A stretch of 64,000 nt of DNA, from NCBI GenBank assembly GCA_017481725.1, contig JAFUOX010000051.1:7638-71637 (forward strand), read 5' to 3'. Below are positions 20,348-29,029 of this stretch, piece by piece. The notes under the pieces were generated by a model. The model searched no databases, had not been told where the DNA came from, and saw nothing but the letters and a program-made list of their open reading frames with translations. Source of the DNA: Kiritimatiellia bacterium. Lineage in GTDB: Bacteria; Verrucomicrobiota; Kiritimatiellia; RFP12; UBA3636. The position numbers were made by a program, and so were the translations under genes. The stretch's first letter is position 1. Every line of letters starts with the position of its first letter.

Positions 20348-21574
20348 TTAGTTGGCATCTGCAGGAGTCATGCGGTATACAATATCGTTTTTGCGAACTC
20401 GTGTGGAGCACTTAAATGTGGCAAGGTGTCCGCGTGGGACTTCGGTTGCTGGCTCGCCATCACATTGAATGTTATCAACGACTATATCAAGCACACCCGT
20501 TGCATTACCTTGAATAGAAAGAACATCACCATTGCGAAGTGCATCATTGTGCACCAATAGCTCTGCCACCTCTGCCTTTACAAAGTAATTTGTAATAATG
20601 CCGATATGCTCTTTCTTTAGAGTTGCAAGATTCTCGGCACCATCAGAGCAGAATTGATCCTTACCTGGGCGGCCATGATACAAGCCCTCAGCAAGCTCGC
20701 GGTGGTAAACCGTCTCGCACTGGGTACGAAGGCGAGCAACAAGCTCCTCATTAAATTCACCTGCAAGCACTGCATCGCGTGCTTCACGATATGCCGCTGT
20801 AACAGCTGCAACATATTCCGCATTGCGTCCACGCCCTTCAATCTTAAAGGATTTGATACCAGCCTCTGTTAGTTTATCTAAAAGCGGCAATGCAAAAAGG
20901 TCGCGAGCTGAGAAAACATTGTGTCCCTGTACATCAAAGCTTGCTAGAGGTCCTTCTCCAGATTTTTCTTCTACTACTGTATATTTGCGACGACATGGTT
21001 GACGGCATTCGCCTCTATTTGCTGAAAAACCGTATGCATGCTGCGACATAAAGCAGCGACCAGACACTGCCACGCAAATTGCACCATGTACAAAGGTTTC
21101 TAGCTCTATATCAACCTTTGAAGCAATTTCTGCTACCTCCTCGATTGTGCATTCACGTGCTAAAACAACACGCTCTGCTCCTTGGGACTTCAAAAATGCA
21201 GCAGACTCACTATTGCTGCAAGACATTTGTGTAGAAATATGCACTGGCACACCATGACGCTTACACGCTGCCACAGCTGCCCAGTCAGAAACAATTGCAG
21301 CATCAATATAAGGCTTTGCAAATGAAAGCATATCATCGAGCTGACCCAACTCGCCCTCAAAAATGATAGTATTAACAGTCAAATACAGTTTAACTCCGGC
21401 AGCACGGCACCGCTCTGATGCTTCAGGAAGATTATCTCTAGTAAAGCTGACTGTTGCTCCACAACGCATATTAAGAGTATCTAGCCCTAAATAAATAGCA
21501 TCTGCTCCAGCATTGATTGCAGCTTGAAGGCATGTCATATTGCCTGCGGGTGCTAAAATTTCTGGTTTTGTCAT
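20348..21574 (-). CDS. Peptidase U32 family protein
   Basis: 408 aa. N-terminal PEILAPAGN and the U32 core region E.FVHGA.CVAVSGRC..S. Confidence 0.85.
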   Translation of the reverse strand: MTKPEILAPAGNMTCLQAAINAGADAIYLGLDTLNMRCGATVSFTRDNLPEASERCRAAGVKLYLTVNTIIFEGELGQLDDMLSFAKPYIDAAIVSDWAAVAACKRHGVPVHISTQMSCSNSESAAFLKSQGAERVVLARECTIEEVAEIASKVDIELETFVHGAICVAVSGRCFMSQHAYGFSANRGECRQPCRRKYTVVEEKSGEGPLASFDVQGHNVFSARDLFALPLLDKLTEAGIKSFKIEGRGRNAEYVAAVTAAYREARDAVLAGEFNEELVARLRTQCETVYHRELAEGLYHGRPGKDQFCSDGAENLATLKKEHIGIITNYFVKAEVAELLVHNDALRNGDVLSIQGNATGVLDIVVDNIQCDGEPATEVPRGHLATFKCSTRVRKNDIVYRMTPADAN

Positions 21575-21594
21575 ATTAAAAGCCCTTTAGATAT

Positions 21595-21639
21595 TAAAAA
21601 ACTGTATTTATCTACCATCTTCTGGCACACAAATACAGT
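21595..21639 (-). terminator. Possible rho-independent terminator after fabH
   Basis: Minus strand reads ACTGTATTT-(21-nt loop)-AAATACAGT followed by TTTTTTAAT. The large loop lowers confidence. Confidence 0.45.
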
Positions 21640-21667
21640 ATCAAAAATCATTGAATAAAATCAAATT

Positions 21668-22675
21668 TTATTTTTCCCAGCGGAAAACACTTGAGCCCCA
21701 TGTTAGACCAGCACCAAAGGCTACGATAAGAATATTATCGCCCTTCTTGATGCGCCCATCTGTAACCGCTTCCTTAAGAGCAAGAGGAATAGATGCTGCT
21801 GTTGTATTTCCAACCTTATGGATATTAACAACAACCTTTGAGGAATCAATTCCAAGCTGACGCCCTACTGCATCAATGATGCGTGTATTTGCTTGATGAG
21901 GGACAAGCCAATTTATGTCAGATAGCTCTAGGCCAGCAGCCTTTACTGCCTTTGTTGCAACATCAGACATACAGCGCACCGCATGCTTGAAAACCACATT
22001 GCCTTCCATCTTCACATATTGGCGACGCTCATCTAAATTTTCATGAGTCAAAGGCTCAGCTGTTCCACCAGTTTCGATGCGTAGCAATTCTGCCAAATTA
22101 CCATTTGCACCAATCATTGATGAAAGGATACCCTTGCCGGGCTCTTCAACACGCTCTAGCACAACTGCACCAGCACCATCACCAAATAGAACACAAGAAG
22201 CACGGTCCTGCCAATCAATGATGCGGCTCATTGTCTCGGCACCGATAACTAGCACACGCTTAGCTGAACCAGAAAGTATATATTGCTTTGCATTATCTAG
22301 AGCATAAACAAAGCCAGAGCATGCAGCCACTAAATCAAATGCTCCTGCATTTACTAGACCAAGCCCAGCCTGCACAAAAGAAGCAGTTGATGGAAGAGGT
22401 CTATCAGGACAAATTGTTGCTACAATTAGTAAATCAATATCTTCAGGTTTAACACCTGCATCCTCAAGAGCTTGACGGCCAGCATTAATTGCTAAATGAG
22501 AGGTATAAACACCCTCTGAAGCAAAATGACGAGTCTTGATACCTGTACGTGTGGTAATCCACTCATCATTTGTATCAACAAGCTTAGACCATTCCTCATT
22601 TGTCATAACCTTCTCTGGGACATAAGCTCCAGCACCTGTTATAACAGCAGAATATTGAGGACCTGCATTACACAT
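21668..22675 (-). CDS. fabH: 3-oxoacyl-ACP synthase III
   Basis: 335 aa. Active-site Cys context AACSGFVYAL, plus HQAN and GAGLTWG. Confidence 0.95.
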   Translation of the reverse strand: MCNAGPQYSAVITGAGAYVPEKVMTNEEWSKLVDTNDEWITTRTGIKTRHFASEGVYTSHLAINAGRQALEDAGVKPEDIDLLIVATICPDRPLPSTASFVQAGLGLVNAGAFDLVAACSGFVYALDNAKQYILSGSAKRVLVIGAETMSRIIDWQDRASCVLFGDGAGAVVLERVEEPGKGILSSMIGANGNLAELLRIETGGTAEPLTHENLDERRQYVKMEGNVVFKHAVRCMSDVATKAVKAAGLELSDINWLVPHQANTRIIDAVGRQLGIDSSKVVVNIHKVGNTTAASIPLALKEAVTDGRIKKGDNILIVAFGAGLTWGSSVFRWEK

Positions 22676-23714
22676 TGCTCTCTTCTTCCTTATTTTGTGC
22701 AGCTTTTTGCTCTGCTAATTGAGATAAATTCTGCGTAATTTTCTCTGAAATACGATTTTTAACTGCGTTTATAGACACATGGATTGCATGATAAATTGCC
22801 TTATGGGAAGAAGCTCCATGTGTAATAATAACTGTACCATTAACACCTAACAATGGAGCACCACCATAGACTTCAGGATCCATACGACGCTTCAAATTCT
22901 TTAGTGCTCCCTTTAAGCATAATGCACCAAAGATACGTAATGGATTAGCCTTAAATTCTCGCTTCATCCAATGAGCTATGGCCTTAGCGGAGCTTTCAAC
23001 AGACTTTAGTAGAACATTTCCTACAAAGCCATCGCATACGCAAACATCGGTCTTTCCTTCAAACACATCATGCCCCTCAATATTACCACAAAAATTAAGA
23101 AGCTTATTTTGACGAAGACGTTGAAGTGTGCGCTTGGTAACATCATTACCTTTTAGCTCCTCACCACCAATGCTCAATAAACCAACTACAGGCTTCTCTT
23201 GTCCCAAAATTGCTTGAGAATAGATATTACCCATAACTGCAAATTGTTCAAGCTCTTCCTCTGAACAATCTGTATTTGCTCCTGCATCTAGCACAAGAAT
23301 TGGTTTGCCTGCTGTTGGTAGCACCGTTCCAATTGCTGGACGGCGAACACCTGGGCAACGGCGAACAATAAATATTGCTGCAGCAACCATTGCACCAGTG
23401 CTACCTGCGGATAGAAAGGCATCTGCCTCTCCATCCTTTACTAGCTGCATACCACGGCAAATAGAAGAATCTCGCTTAGTGCGTACTGCCTGTGCTGGTG
23501 CTTCACACATTTCAATTACTTGAGTTGTATGAACAATACTTAAACGAGAAGACTCGCTAACATTATATTTAGCAAGCTCCTCGCGAATTGCTGTTTCGTC
23601 ACCGACAAGCACTAAAGATACATCCTCAGGAATATCTTTATAGGCCTCAACAGTGCCTTTAACAATCTCATATGGAGCAAAATCGCCCCCCATCGCATCT
23701 ATAGCAATACGCAT
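22668..23714 (-). CDS. plsX: Phosphate acyltransferase PlsX
   Basis: 348 aa. N-terminal MRIAIDAMGGDFAP. Overlaps fabH by 8 nt in the canonical rpmF-plsX-fabH order. Confidence 0.95.
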   Translation of the reverse strand: MRIAIDAMGGDFAPYEIVKGTVEAYKDIPEDVSLVLVGDETAIREELAKYNVSESSRLSIVHTTQVIEMCEAPAQAVRTKRDSSICRGMQLVKDGEADAFLSAGSTGAMVAAAIFIVRRCPGVRRPAIGTVLPTAGKPILVLDAGANTDCSEEELEQFAVMGNIYSQAILGQEKPVVGLLSIGGEELKGNDVTKRTLQRLRQNKLLNFCGNIEGHDVFEGKTDVCVCDGFVGNVLLKSVESSAKAIAHWMKREFKANPLRIFGALCLKGALKNLKRRMDPEVYGGAPLLGVNGTVIITHGASSHKAIYHAIHVSINAVKNRISEKITQNLSQLAEQKAAQNKEEESNV

Positions 23715-23732
23715 AGCAATTTATTGCCTTAC

Positions 23733-23912
23733 TTATGCTTCGACAGTTACAACCTTACGACCACGATACATACCGCAGCTTGGGCAAGCATGGTGATTCT
23801 GGCGTGGTGCACCACACTCTGGGCATGTTGCTACTGAAGCTAGCTCTGCCTTCTTCTGTGCACGGCGCATACGAACGCGCATCTTTGACTTTTTCCTCTT
23901 TGGTACTGCCAT
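23733..23912 (-). CDS. rpmF: 50S ribosomal protein L32
   Basis: Too short for the supplied ORF track. My own translation: MAVPKRKKSKMRVRMRRAQKKAELASVATCPECGAPRQNHHACPSCGMYRGRKVVTVEA (59 aa, CxxC...CxxC zinc ribbon). Confidence 0.9.
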   Translation of the reverse strand: MAVPKRKKSKMRVRMRRAQKKAELASVATCPECGAPRQNHHACPSCGMYRGRKVVTVEA

Positions 23913-23951
23913 TTTTAACTCCGATTTCCTTTACGTATTAACGTTTCTATC

Positions 23952-24413
23952 TTATAAGATACCATCCAAAGCATCCCATACGCTAGTTTTTTCATTCTTT
24001 TTGCAAGAACATTTACCCTCAGAAAGTGGCTTACCACACTGAGAACAAAGCCCTCTACAATCAACACTACACAATGGGTGATTAGGAAGAGCGAGTAGAA
24101 TACATTCTCTGAGCTCATTTGTCAAGTCAAACTCGCCTGAATCTGGCGAAATTTCCTCAGAAAAATTAACTTCTGAGCTAATTTTTAGGGAAATTGCCTT
24201 TCCACAGCGGCAACACATCCCCTCAAACATAGCGGAGCACTCTCCCATCACGAGTAATTCTTTATCAAATAATTGAACTGTCAATTTTGATAAAATCGGC
24301 CCTGCAGGTGTTAACAAATCATAGGAGGAGCTCTCCCACTCAAAGCACCCTACATCATCCTCACCCAAAATTGTTTTTGGTAACTCATTATAATCTGCTA
24401 AATAAAGCTTCAT
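23952..24413 (-). CDS. YceD/DUF177 family protein (large-subunit rRNA accumulation protein)
   Basis: 153 aa. Sits upstream of rpmF as in most bacteria. C-terminal CRGLCSQCGKPLSEGKCSC. Confidence 0.85.
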   Translation of the reverse strand: MKLYLADYNELPKTILGEDDVGCFEWESSSYDLLTPAGPILSKLTVQLFDKELLVMGECSAMFEGMCCRCGKAISLKISSEVNFSEEISPDSGEFDLTNELRECILLALPNHPLCSVDCRGLCSQCGKPLSEGKCSCKKNEKTSVWDALDGIL

Positions 24414-24421
24414 TGCACACC

Positions 24422-24931
24422 TTACTTTCCGTTCAATCTTGAGATTACAACATGACGCTCAATATAACGCTGAACAGCAGGAGGAACAAATATACTTGTA
24501 TCACCAGCATATTTTGCCACCTCACGCACGGTGCTTGAGCTAACATAGCTATGCTCCTCCTTTGGCATAAGGAAGAGAGTCTCAATTTCAGGGGCTAGCT
24601 TACGATTTGTTTGTGCCATCTGAAACTCATATTCAAAATCACTGTATGCACGCAAACCACGTAGTACAACGCGCACCTTATGCTTGCGAGCAAAATCTAC
24701 AAGCATTCCATGCATTGGCTCTACTACAACATTTGGCATATCTGCAACTACCTCTCGAGCCATTGACAAGCGCTCTTCACAAGAGAACATAGCTCCTGCC
24801 TTAACAGAGGTTGCTGCTATTGCAATAATAACATTATCAAATAAAGAACTAACGCGCTTAATCAAATCAAGATGACCAAGCGTTAATGGATCAAAGGTTC
24901 CTGGATATATAATTGTTTTACGATTTTCCAT
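24422..24931 (-). CDS. coaD: Phosphopantetheine adenylyltransferase
   Basis: 169 aa. N-terminal YPGTFDPLTLGHLD. Confidence 0.95.
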   Translation of the reverse strand: MENRKTIIYPGTFDPLTLGHLDLIKRVSSLFDNVIIAIAATSVKAGAMFSCEERLSMAREVVADMPNVVVEPMHGMLVDFARKHKVRVVLRGLRAYSDFEYEFQMAQTNRKLAPEIETLFLMPKEEHSYVSSSTVREVAKYAGDTSIFVPPAVQRYIERHVVISRLNGK

Positions 24932-24964
24932 TTTTTAAAATTATTATTTTAATGTTACTTCTTG

Positions 24965-25546
24965 CTATTCTTCTTCAATATATTTTACTCTAAGCAGGCA
25001 AAGACGTGTTTTCCCATACTTGCGCTCACTTATCATCTCCCACCCTTTAGGAAGTAGGGGCATTGGGCTGCCAAGACGCTGCTCAACAACAAACACACCA
25101 CGCTCTGCCATTATTTCTGATTTTGCAATCGATGCGAGTAGCTCATCAATACCGTCGCTCTTCTCCTCTGTGGTATATGGAGGATCTGCATATCCAATAG
25201 TTACATAATGCTTACGATAACTTGGACGAGCAAGCCATTGCATTGCATCTGACCGCACTATCTGGGCTCCATCCATTGAGCCACAAATTGTTTTTATATT
25301 TTGCTCTAGAACGGCTGCCACACGCTTATCGTGCTCAACCCAAATTACCTCCGCCGCACCTCGGCTCTTAGCATCAAGTCCAACTGCACCTGTTCCAGCA
25401 AATAAATCAAGAAACACAGAATCCGGCACGACATCGCGCAACATTGAAAAAAGCGCCTCTCGCACCGAATCCTGCGTTGGGCGAACAACCCCAGCAGAAG
25501 GCATCTTTAATACCCTTCCTCGATGTATTCCCCCAGTTATTCTCAT
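24965..25546 (-). CDS. rsmD: 16S rRNA (guanine966-N2)-methyltransferase RsmD
   Basis: 193 aa. MRITGGIHRGR, SAM motif LDLFAGTGAVG, and DPPY. Confidence 0.85.
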   Translation of the reverse strand: MRITGGIHRGRVLKMPSAGVVRPTQDSVREALFSMLRDVVPDSVFLDLFAGTGAVGLDAKSRGAAEVIWVEHDKRVAAVLEQNIKTICGSMDGAQIVRSDAMQWLARPSYRKHYVTIGYADPPYTTEEKSDGIDELLASIAKSEIMAERGVFVVEQRLGSPMPLLPKGWEMISERKYGKTRLCLLRVKYIEEE

Positions 25547-25549
25547 TTC

Positions 25550-26134
25550 CTAGAAGTTCTCTGCAAAACGCTCAAAGTATGCTTTTGCATGTAGACATGC
25601 TGGGCACTTTTCTGGAGCAGAAGAACCCTCATGGATGTAACCACAGTTGCGGCAACGCCACTTAATTGGTGCACCATTATCAAACATTGTACCATTTTCA
25701 ATGCGCTGCAATAGCTTGTTATAGCGCTCTTCATGGTATTTCTCTGCTACAGCAATCTTGCGATACATAGCAGCAATCTCATCAAAGCCTTCCTTTTCAG
25801 CAACATCGGCAAATGCAGGATAATCATGTGACCATTCCTCATTCTCACCTGCAGCTGCTGCCTTTAAATTCTCAACTGTTGTACCAATCTTTCCTGCTGG
25901 ATAAGTGCAAGTAATCTCAACTGGACCACCCTCTAACCACTTAAACATACGCTCTGCATGCTCTTTTTCTTGAGCTGCTGTCTCTGCAAAGATATCAGAC
26001 ACAAGCACATAGCCTTCCTTCTTAGCTACGCTAGAAAAGAAAGTATAACGATTACGAGCTTGTGACTCACCAGCAAAACTCTTTAATAAATTTTTCTCTG
26101 TTTCTGTACCTTTAATCATAAGTTTTCCCTCCAA
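25550..26134 (-). CDS. Rubrerythrin
   Basis: 194 aa. Ferritin-like E..H motifs (QEKEHAERM, AEKYHEERY) plus a C-terminal rubredoxin CRNCGY...CPAC. Confidence 0.9.
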   Translation of the reverse strand: MEGKLMIKGTETEKNLLKSFAGESQARNRYTFFSSVAKKEGYVLVSDIFAETAAQEKEHAERMFKWLEGGPVEITCTYPAGKIGTTVENLKAAAAGENEEWSHDYPAFADVAEKEGFDEIAAMYRKIAVAEKYHEERYNKLLQRIENGTMFDNGAPIKWRCRNCGYIHEGSSAPEKCPACLHAKAYFERFAENF

Positions 26135-26348
26135 TTTTACCTAATACACAATAGTTATGTATCGTTTTGTGTACATTATACCTTATAACACAAAAAAACT
26201 TCAAGACTAAATTTAAAATGCAAATACAAAAGGCACATTGTAATTTACAATATTCTTCAACCGCCACTTTGGATATATAAGATGGGGCACACGAGGGGAT
26301 GCTCATGGAGGTAACGCTGGGCGTCGGGTCTTCTCTGCCCAACTTCCC

Positions 26349-26396
26349 CAACTGTCAATCTGTCAAACTCGCAAACTATCAAACTCGCAAACTTCC
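26349..26396. repeat. 8-nt periodic array (6 units, consensus AAACTNNC on the plus strand)
   Basis: caactgtc aatctgtc aaactcgc aaactatc aaactcgc aaacttcc. A related array in inverted orientation lies at 37796-37851, with a shared flank cttctctg(c/t)c. Confidence 0.7.
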
Positions 26397-26459
26397 CCAC
26401 TATTCAACTTGATAACTAAAAAACTATTGAATTAAAAAGTTAACAAAAAGAGTTTTAGT

Positions 26460-28853
26460 CTATTCCTTTTTTTCTTCCTCTTCTAGCTGCTTAAACTTCT
26501 CCGCATCAGCAATAGAAGTATGACCAACAACCTGACCATTATCTAGAGGATTTACCACACGAGCCTTCAAATCTATAAACAACCTACGTAAATCCTTTAC
26601 ACCGCCACATAAAAACCATACCGTTGAAACGGAACCAATCAAAATTGAAGCAACAATCGTTGTAATAAAGAAATATACGCTCCAATCTTCGCCCGTAAAT
26701 GGTTTTATTGAATTCCAAATCAATACAACAACAAACAAGCAAATAAAATTCCAACCAATTGAATATGCAAATACACTCCAAGCAATAACCTTATCACCCT
26801 TTGTATATTCTGGAGTAATACCAATTAGCGTACCATAAAGCTTTTGCCAGAAGGTCTTTGGCTCAGCCAATGTACCATTAGTCAAATCCTCTTCATATGC
26901 ATATTTGTTACGATGCAATAGACGATCAAGATTAAATTTTTCCTTACATGTTATCATAGACACTATAACGTATGATAGAATTGCCAAAACCATTGATATG
27001 AAATTTAGCTCAATAGCAGTAACTGGGAACTTTTCTGCAAATAGTTGCAATGCAGCCTCGCGTCCATTTTCTGCAGCACCACAGCTCCAATCTATCCATG
27101 GCACAAATGGAGAAGAGCATTTTACAAAAGCATCATATAAAGCTTCATGCCATCCATGCTCAAATATGAATGGGTATATACTTGATGCCCATGTACGCTG
27201 AACAATCAATCCAAATGTTGCAAAGCCACTACCAAAAACAAGTGCAGCCCAAGCACCAGCTGTTGTTCCCACTCTTGTGTACAAGCCTCCAAGCATAATT
27301 GGTCCAGCAGCTCCAACCCAAATACCGGTCATAATCTGAATGAACATATTGATATAATCAAGCTGAGTGAAGAACAATGCCACAACCCAGAAGAAAATAA
27401 CAACACAAACTGTTCCAATTTTCAAATATTTAATATGCTCCTCAACTGTGAGTTGACGCTTCTTTAATGGGATTACAATATCCTGAATAATCGTGCTTGA
27501 AGCATTAAAAATACGTGAGTCATCTGTAGAAACAAGAAGCATCAACATTAGCAATGTAAATAGAGCGATCAAAGCTGGAGGGAATTTACTCTTTAACACA
27601 ATTGGCATCATCATTTGATTATATGTTGTGCGGAATTCCTGCACCTTTGCTGCACTCTCTTTACCCTCTGAAGCCACTGCTTGCCCTTGTGCAAGTGCTG
27701 CTGCATTTGCTAGCTCTAATTGCTCACGAACTGTGTCAAAAATGATTGTATCACGATTATTATGCTGAGAATATGGAGCCTCGGCAGTAGCAGCAGGAAG
27801 TATTGTTAGCTCAGAAACTGCTGCTGATAGCTGCTGCTGGAATGGCTTATCATTAGGGAAAATTTCTTCTGCCACACGGCTAGCAAGATTTTCGCGAACA
27901 CCTTTTGATTCTGCATCAAATCTACCACCATTCATAAATACAATAACGTAGATGGCTATAACGGTCATCATAGTCCATGCAAATCCACTACGCCATGTTC
28001 CTAAAATACCAGCCATCTTTTGTTCATGTGGATTCTTTGCAGATGTAGAAGTATCGTTACCAATCCATGCTGGACGACCAATCACAGAAGACATTAGAAC
28101 CACAAATACTGAGAATAAATTAAAATCGCGCAACTTAGATACATCAAATGGATTTAAGAAGTTTTCTCCTGGAGCCCTATTAATCATAACAGGCTGAACA
28201 TCTGTAAACCAAGAAATTTCTGTTAGAATAAAAACAGTGAATACAACAAAGATTGGGTAGCTAATAATTCCTTGAATACTATCTGTTATAAGCAATGAAA
28301 TGCGCCCTGCTGGCCAAATAATGGAAAGGGCAAATAGCAAAAGAATTGTAACCAAAATAGTATATGTTGGGATTGTATAACCAAACAAAGCAATCGAGGT
28401 TGGTAATCCTAGGAAATAAATAAAGAATTTAACTGCAATAGCAGGAGCAATTGCGTTTGTAATCATCTCTGCTAGAGTACGGACAGTTGCTGCAAAGAAG
28501 CGAAGAGGTCTGCTATAACGAATTTCCAAAAATTGTCCCATAGAAAGACAACGTGTTTGACGATAACGATATACGCAGAATCCAGTTAAAGCCATAACAA
28601 TACCTACTGGCTTATAAAGCTCTTGCCAAAAGCTTAGAGCCATGCCACAGCGATATAACTGTTCACACATACCAACCAGAACAAGTACAGAAAGTTGAGT
28701 ACTTAAATCACCCACACAGAGAACATAGCGCCCTGCTACACGCCCAGAGGCTAAATAATCTGCAATATCTCTTACATAACGTTTAGAATAAAAAGCTATG
28801 TAAATTATAAGAGAAATTGGAACAATTACGATTAACCAATACAAAAAATTCAT
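26460..28853 (-). CDS. Sodium:solute symporter family (SSF) transporter, unusually long
   Basis: 797 aa, more than 13 TM, with an SSF-like N-terminal half and a soluble insertion of about 110 aa in the middle. Confidence 0.75.
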   Translation of the reverse strand: MNFLYWLIVIVPISLIIYIAFYSKRYVRDIADYLASGRVAGRYVLCVGDLSTQLSVLVLVGMCEQLYRCGMALSFWQELYKPVGIVMALTGFCVYRYRQTRCLSMGQFLEIRYSRPLRFFAATVRTLAEMITNAIAPAIAVKFFIYFLGLPTSIALFGYTIPTYTILVTILLLFALSIIWPAGRISLLITDSIQGIISYPIFVVFTVFILTEISWFTDVQPVMINRAPGENFLNPFDVSKLRDFNLFSVFVVLMSSVIGRPAWIGNDTSTSAKNPHEQKMAGILGTWRSGFAWTMMTVIAIYVIVFMNGGRFDAESKGVRENLASRVAEEIFPNDKPFQQQLSAAVSELTILPAATAEAPYSQHNNRDTIIFDTVREQLELANAAALAQGQAVASEGKESAAKVQEFRTTYNQMMMPIVLKSKFPPALIALFTLLMLMLLVSTDDSRIFNASSTIIQDIVIPLKKRQLTVEEHIKYLKIGTVCVVIFFWVVALFFTQLDYINMFIQIMTGIWVGAAGPIMLGGLYTRVGTTAGAWAALVFGSGFATFGLIVQRTWASSIYPFIFEHGWHEALYDAFVKCSSPFVPWIDWSCGAAENGREAALQLFAEKFPVTAIELNFISMVLAILSYVIVSMITCKEKFNLDRLLHRNKYAYEEDLTNGTLAEPKTFWQKLYGTLIGITPEYTKGDKVIAWSVFAYSIGWNFICLFVVVLIWNSIKPFTGEDWSVYFFITTIVASILIGSVSTVWFLCGGVKDLRRLFIDLKARVVNPLDNGQVVGHTSIADAEKFKQLEEEEKKE

Positions 28854-29029
28854 ACATACTCCATTTGGTTGTTATTCTTATACTGTTAAATTAACAAAAA
28901 ATAAACTTTAAAACAAGCGAAAAAATAGACAGCAAACATTGCAGTGTTAGAAAAGCGAATCTACATACGCATCTTAAATGAACTCAAAAATCACTAATCT
29001 CCCAAAAACGATTCAGGGAGAAACTTTAA

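Noticed and set aside
26349-26396. CRISPR array
   Set aside because: The periodic arrays here and at 37796-37851 have 8-nt units with no spacers. No repeat-spacer architecture or cas genes occur anywhere in the window.
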